Shown here one piece after another: positions 63,887 through 64,000 of a stretch of DNA of 64,000 nt. The notes beneath the pieces were generated by a model. The model had not been told where the DNA came from, searched no databases, and saw nothing but the letters and a program-made list of their open reading frames with translations. Position 1 is the stretch's first letter. The number at the start of each line of letters is the position of its first letter. The stretch lies in the NCBI GenBank assembly GCA_028534125.1, contig CM052816.1, forward strand, positions 46,688,001 to 46,752,000. Direction: 5' to 3'. Origin of the DNA: Lama glama. Lineage: Eukaryota. Made by a program: the position numbers and the translations under genes.

Positions 63887-64000
63887 GGGAGGTGGTAATA
63901 GCTCAAGTAGTAGAGCACACACTTAGCATACACGGGGTCCTGAGTTCAATCCCCAGTACCTCTTTTAAAAAAAAAAATTAAATAAATAAACCTAATTACC
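63887..64000 (+). mobile_element. tRNA-derived SINE resembling the camelid family (Vic-1-like), cut off at the window edge
   Basis: G-rich head, A-box-like TAGCTCAAGTAGTAG (63899-63913), B-box GAGTTCAATCC (63942-63952), CCCAGTACCTC, then an A-rich tail ending AAATAAACCTAATTACC. Confidence 0.8.

Noticed and set aside
63895..63962. tRNA-like sequence
   Set aside because: Degenerate stems followed by an A-rich SINE tail; a SINE head rather than a tRNA gene.
1..64000. CRISPR arrays, operons, prokaryotic or viral systems, processed pseudogenes, miRNA hairpins
   Set aside because: The sequence is mammalian promoter and intron DNA. I saw no regularly spaced repeats, no long coding ORFs and no recognisable miRNA, though a weak signal could be missed by eye.

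Overview
This is mammalian genomic DNA (AT-rich, with old MIR, L2, L3/CR1 and hAT repeats). A tRNA-derived SINE at the right edge suggests a camelid. The window covers the 5' regulatory half of MEF2C on the + strand. It contains an upstream CpG island (~5.1-6.2 kb), a 91-nt internal non-coding exon (7683-7773), a GATA/ISL1/Fox cluster resembling the Mef2c anterior-heart-field enhancer (~10.5-10.7 kb), and the main CpG-island promoter with a non-coding first exon ending at 12277. A ~50-kb intron follows, with an ETS-rich enhancer candidate at ~58.7-59.0 kb. The first coding exon is 62303/62306-62498 and encodes MGRKKIQITRIMDERNRQ, the start of the MADS box. The rest of the gene lies beyond the window. 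Almost all ORFs in the supplied track look spurious. I found no novel protein-coding system. The most interesting structure is the 5'UTR: a CAGCAG tandem acceptor can create or remove an AUG at the exon junction, an alternative exon carries six AUGs, and several of these uORFs end at one TGA that is the only stop before the in-frame MEF2C start. Literature and repeat-consensus matches are from memory and need alignment to confirm.
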